Part shown: piece by piece, positions 60,141 to 64,000 of the stretch
Position numbering within the stretch: the first letter of the stretch is position 1
How the letters are laid out: every line of letters starts with the position of its first letter
Assembly: GCF_000143415.4 (NCBI RefSeq)
Contig: NW_003314359.1
Location: forward strand, 405,477-469,476
Origin: Selaginella moellendorffii
Lineage: Eukaryota > Plantae > Lycopodiophyta
DNA: 64,000 bases
Direction of reading: 5' to 3'
The notes under the pieces: model-generated
The model's input: the letters and a program-made list of their open reading frames with translations, nothing else
What the model was told of the DNA's origin: nothing
Databases searched by the model: none
Translations under genes and position numbers: made by a program

Positions 60141-63100
60141 ATGTGGAAGCTCCATGTCTCCAGCGCTGGCGATTCTTCTTCCGCGGCCCCCCTTAGCACT
60201 CTCAACGATCTCGTCGGCCGCCAGATCTGGTGCTACGACGAGGCCATCGGCAGCGACGAGGATCGCGCGCGCGTCCAAGAGGCTCGGGATCACTTCACCA
60301 AGAATCGTCATGTCCACAAGCACAGCTCCGATCTCCTCATGCGAATGCAGGTATGCTGGTGGAATTCCTGATTTTCGAATCTCCAATCTTTCCTCTCTTC
60401 TCGCATAGCTCTCCAAGGCTGCACAGCCGCTGCCCCAAATCCCTCCTCCAGTGAAGGTCCAAGGCGATGCGGAGATCAAGCAGAGCGATGTCGAGACCAC
60501 GATTCGTCGTGCCTTGCGATTTTACTCCACCATTCAAGCCGAGGACGGCCACTGGCCTGGCGATTACGGAGGTCCCATGTTTCTCATGCCGGGATTGGTA
60601 TGAGCTTATCTTTGGGATTTCTTACATGCCAAACGATGGTGTATTATCAGATCATTGCTTTGTACGTCACTGGAGCGATCAACGTGGTTTTGTCACCGGA
60701 GCACCAACGAGAAATGTGTAGATACTTTTTCAATCACCAGGTGTGTAATCTTTCTTTCTACCGATGTTCGTGAATTTTTCGTCTTTCTGGAAGAACGAAG
60801 ATGGCGGCTGGGGACTGCACATTGAAGGGCACAGCACGATGTTTGGCACTGTACTTGTATATGTTTCTCTACGGCTACTTGGCCAAGAACCAGACAAGCC
60901 GGCCATGGAGAGCGCCCTTTCATGGATTTTTGGTCATGGAGGGACCATCGCCATTCCGTCCTGGGGAAAGTTTTGGCTCGCGGTACCTGAAGGAAAATTC
61001 AAGTTGTTTCTTTGTTATTGACGATAACCTTTTTCTTGTAAGGTTCTTGGAGTGTTCGATTGGTCGGGAGTTAATCCCCTACCGCCAGAAATGTATTTGC
61101 TGCCGTATGCGATTCCCCTTCATCCAGGTATCCCCTTAATTATTTGTTCTCTACGTATGCTCAAAGTTTTCTTTAGGACGTATGTGGTGTCATTGCCGGA
61201 TGGTTTATCTTCCTATGAGCTATCTCTACGGTCGTCGTTTCACTGGAAAAATCACACCCAAGGTTGAAGCTCTGAGAAAGGAGCTCTTTAACGGACCCTT
61301 TGAAGACGTGGATTGGAATCGTGCGCGAAATACTTGTGCGAAGGTAAAATTTTCTGCGCACCCGAGAAGGGTGCATTTATTTTTATCAACTTACAGAAAG
61401 CATTTCTTGATGACTGGTATGCAGGAAGATCTGTATTATCCTCATCCGCTCATACAAGATGTTCTTTGGGGAGTTTTGCATAAAGGTGTGGAGCCTCTTT
61501 TAATGCGTTGGCCAGGATCATTGCTGCGCAAGAAGGCGCTTGATACGGTTCTCGAGCATATCCACTACGAGGATGTCAATACGAGATATATATGCATTGG
61601 GTCTGTTCACAAGGTGGGAATCGTTTTGCTCCTCTATCTATTTAGTTTATTGTTCCAGTCAGGTCATTAACATGCTTTGCTGTTGGGCGGAGGACCCAAA
61701 CTCCGAAGCTTTCAAACAGCATTTGCCCCGAATTCATGATTATCTCTGGGTTGCGGAAGATGGGCTGAAAATGCAGGTAAAAGGATTTTTAGAATTTTTT
61801 TTTAAAAAATTTATTTGTTACGTAACCAAGAAACATATAAGGCATACAATGGCAGTCAACTTTGGGATACAGCTTTTGCTGTACAAGCGATAATATCAAC
61901 GGACATGCTTGAAGAATCCCGGGAGATGCTGAAGAAAGCTCATTCCTACATAGAAAAATCACAGGTTTGTAACAAGAATCACTATACGTTGGTTATCACG
62001 ATCTTCCTCCCAAAGGTACGCGAAGACTGTCCCGGGGATTTGGACTATTTCCATCGACATATATCAAATGGAGCATGGCCATTGTCTAACAGAGATCACG
62101 GATGGCCTATATCTGATTGTACTTCTGAAGGCTTGAAGGTATTATTGACCATGAGCTATCTATCTTGTGATGGAACATTTTGTTACAGAGTGTGTTGCTT
62201 CTATCCCGCATTTCATCGGACGTTGTTGGGAAGCCCTTATCTCCAGAACGACTCTATGATTGCGTCAATATGATCATTTCATATCAGGTACAATACTCCT
62301 CGGATAAGTTGGCCGCTAACTCGTGAAATCAGAACGCTAATGGAGGAGTCGCATCATACGAGTTGACACGGTCATATGCTTGGATCGAGGTGAGATGAAA
62401 GGATGGGTTTTAAGTGATAACATGTCGAAACTGCAGCTGTTCAACCCTTCAGAAACATTTGGGGACATCACAATCGATTACTCGTAAGAACTACAGCTAT
62501 CTAAGTATGCCCTCTAACTGTGCGTTTGGTCTTTTTCTAGCTATGTGGAATGTACATCAGCTTGCGTTCAGGCGCTCTGTGCTTTCAGCAGGCTCTACCC
62601 TGACCATCGGTCCAAGGAAATCGAACTATTTGTGGCCAAAGGATGCAAATATATTGAAAGCATTCAAAGACCTGATGGCTCTTGGTAAGCTTGCATTCTT
62701 TTTTCTATTCTCATACGTTTTTAAGGTACGGGTCATGGGGTGTTTGTTTCACGTACGGCATCTGGTTTGGAGTCCTAGGCTTGGTTGCCGCTGGCAAAAG
62801 CTATAAGCACTCCGCAGCGATCCGCAAGGCCTGCGATTTCCTTCTTTCTAAGCAGCTCCCATCAGGTGGCTGGGGTGAGAGCTACCTCTCCTCTCAAAAC
62901 AAGGTGTGGCTAATTTTCTCTTTCTCGTGATACATGTAAGCTTCTCTTCTTTGCAGGTTTATACGAACCTGGAAGGTGGTAAGCACCACCTCGTTAACAC
63001 GGCCTGGGCGATGCTAGCGCTTATTGCAGGTGGACAGGCAAGTCTAGACAATTTAGTTTCAGAAATGTTTTGGTTTCAAAATGTTTCTCTCTTTATCTTG

Positions 63101-63406
63101 TTTAGGCTGAAAGAGATTCCACGCCTCTGCATAAAGCCGCTGCTCTTTTGGTAAACGGACAGCTTGAAGATGGCGATTTTCCACAGGAGGTACGTAATGC
63201 TTACATATGGTTTTTCCGTCACCTTGTTTGCTTCTTTCTTGCAGGAAATAATTGGAGTGTTTAACGGCAACTGCACGATCAGCTACTCCGCCTACAGGTG
63301 TATCTTCCCAATCTGGGCACTCGGACAATACCGCAGCCGCGTGCTCAAGCATCCAGCAATTGAGTCTTTTATTAGTTTTCAGCAACACATAAACCATGAC
63401 ACATAA
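60141..63406 (+). CDS. 2,3-oxidosqualene cyclase (cycloartenol-synthase-derived), copy 2
   Basis: Same exon structure as copy 1; [31 protein letters not shown]. Confidence 0.93.
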
Positions 63407-64000
63407 AGCATCGCTTTGCTAAAATTTTACCCATGGAATCCCAGCTCGTTTTTAGCTGGCTCGCTGCCGTCCAGTGTTGTTGTGGAAGCCCTGGAAGTCA
63501 AACATGTCTTCTTCAATATGGCAGTGGCATCCTGAAACAAAACGTGTGCTTATCAAAAACAGATGTACCGTCTTCCCCAGGCTCGATCACCACTCTCACT
63601 GATTCATCGTTCTTCTGGGGAATGGACTCCCACCCTTGACGTGTCCATCATGTATAAGAAGCTACCAATAGTGAATATCTTCGTTGATAGTATCATCTCT
63701 ACTGCACATTTGTTTGCTTGGGCACGTATATTATACAATAACTTTGAATTCAAATTAAAGTTCTTCATTTATATATCGACGACTCAAAGCCCCAGATTGG
63801 CACTAGTGGAAGTGGACTGTAAAAGTTATATATATATATAGAGAGAGAGAGAAGGTTCTTTTCTTCCAAAACTCAGCAATCTCAGCTGACAACGTCTAAA
63901 TTATCAAGATACTACTGCTGAACTGTCAAGATATTGCTGCTGAACTATCATTATCTTGACTAAAGTTTTCATATCTATTAGAACTGCATAATGATCCAAA

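Larger units (their letters stand above)
54124..64000 (+). repeat. ~5-kb tandem duplication (unit 1 ~54124-58740; unit 2 ~59164 to window end), each with promoter, OSC gene and 3' flank
   Basis: Both units begin ACCTTAAAAGGTTAAAGGTTTCTATTTCGTAG; introns and flanks are near-identical. Confidence 0.93.

Noticed and set aside
37898-64000. Triterpene biosynthetic gene cluster
   Set aside because: No P450, glycosyltransferase or BAHD/SCPL tailoring gene is visible near the OSCs in this window; the neighbours are housekeeping genes. Sequence beyond 64000 is unseen.

Overview
Eukaryotic land-plant genomic DNA. Very short (~50-80 nt) introns, tight gene packing and the gene set point to a lycophyte such as Selaginella; this is an inference. 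Bases ~1-26400 are a nest of Ty3/Gypsy LTR retrotransposons: a young non-coding element A; a Tcn1-like chromovirus D; a non-coding element E carrying an RNase-H-derived hairpin; a minus-strand element C; and, inside C, a complete chromovirus B (18146-25429, TGAAA target-site duplication). Bases ~26600-64000 are gene-dense: DCAF8-like WD40, HD-Zip I, GNAT acetyltransferase, DHHC S-acyltransferase, SUVR3-like SET, DP factor, a ~16-kb VPS13 and two tandem oxidosqualene cyclases (OSCs). The most striking observation is in element B. Its integrase is interrupted by two precise GT-AG introns (47 and 52 nt), and removing them restores the HPQT(D/N)(G/R)QTER and KLTQRFAGPY motifs. A further canonical-looking intron (19261-19332) spans the U5 end and the tRNA primer-binding site (PBS). 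If real, spliced mRNA makes integrase but cannot be primed, so only unspliced RNA is copied and the introns are kept. Elements A and B also share a conserved multi-hairpin RNA with two tRNA T-loop mimics. Other highlights are a periodic micro-uORF array upstream of the HD-Zip gene and active-site divergence between the two OSCs. All exon structures were read by eye and none is experimentally confirmed.
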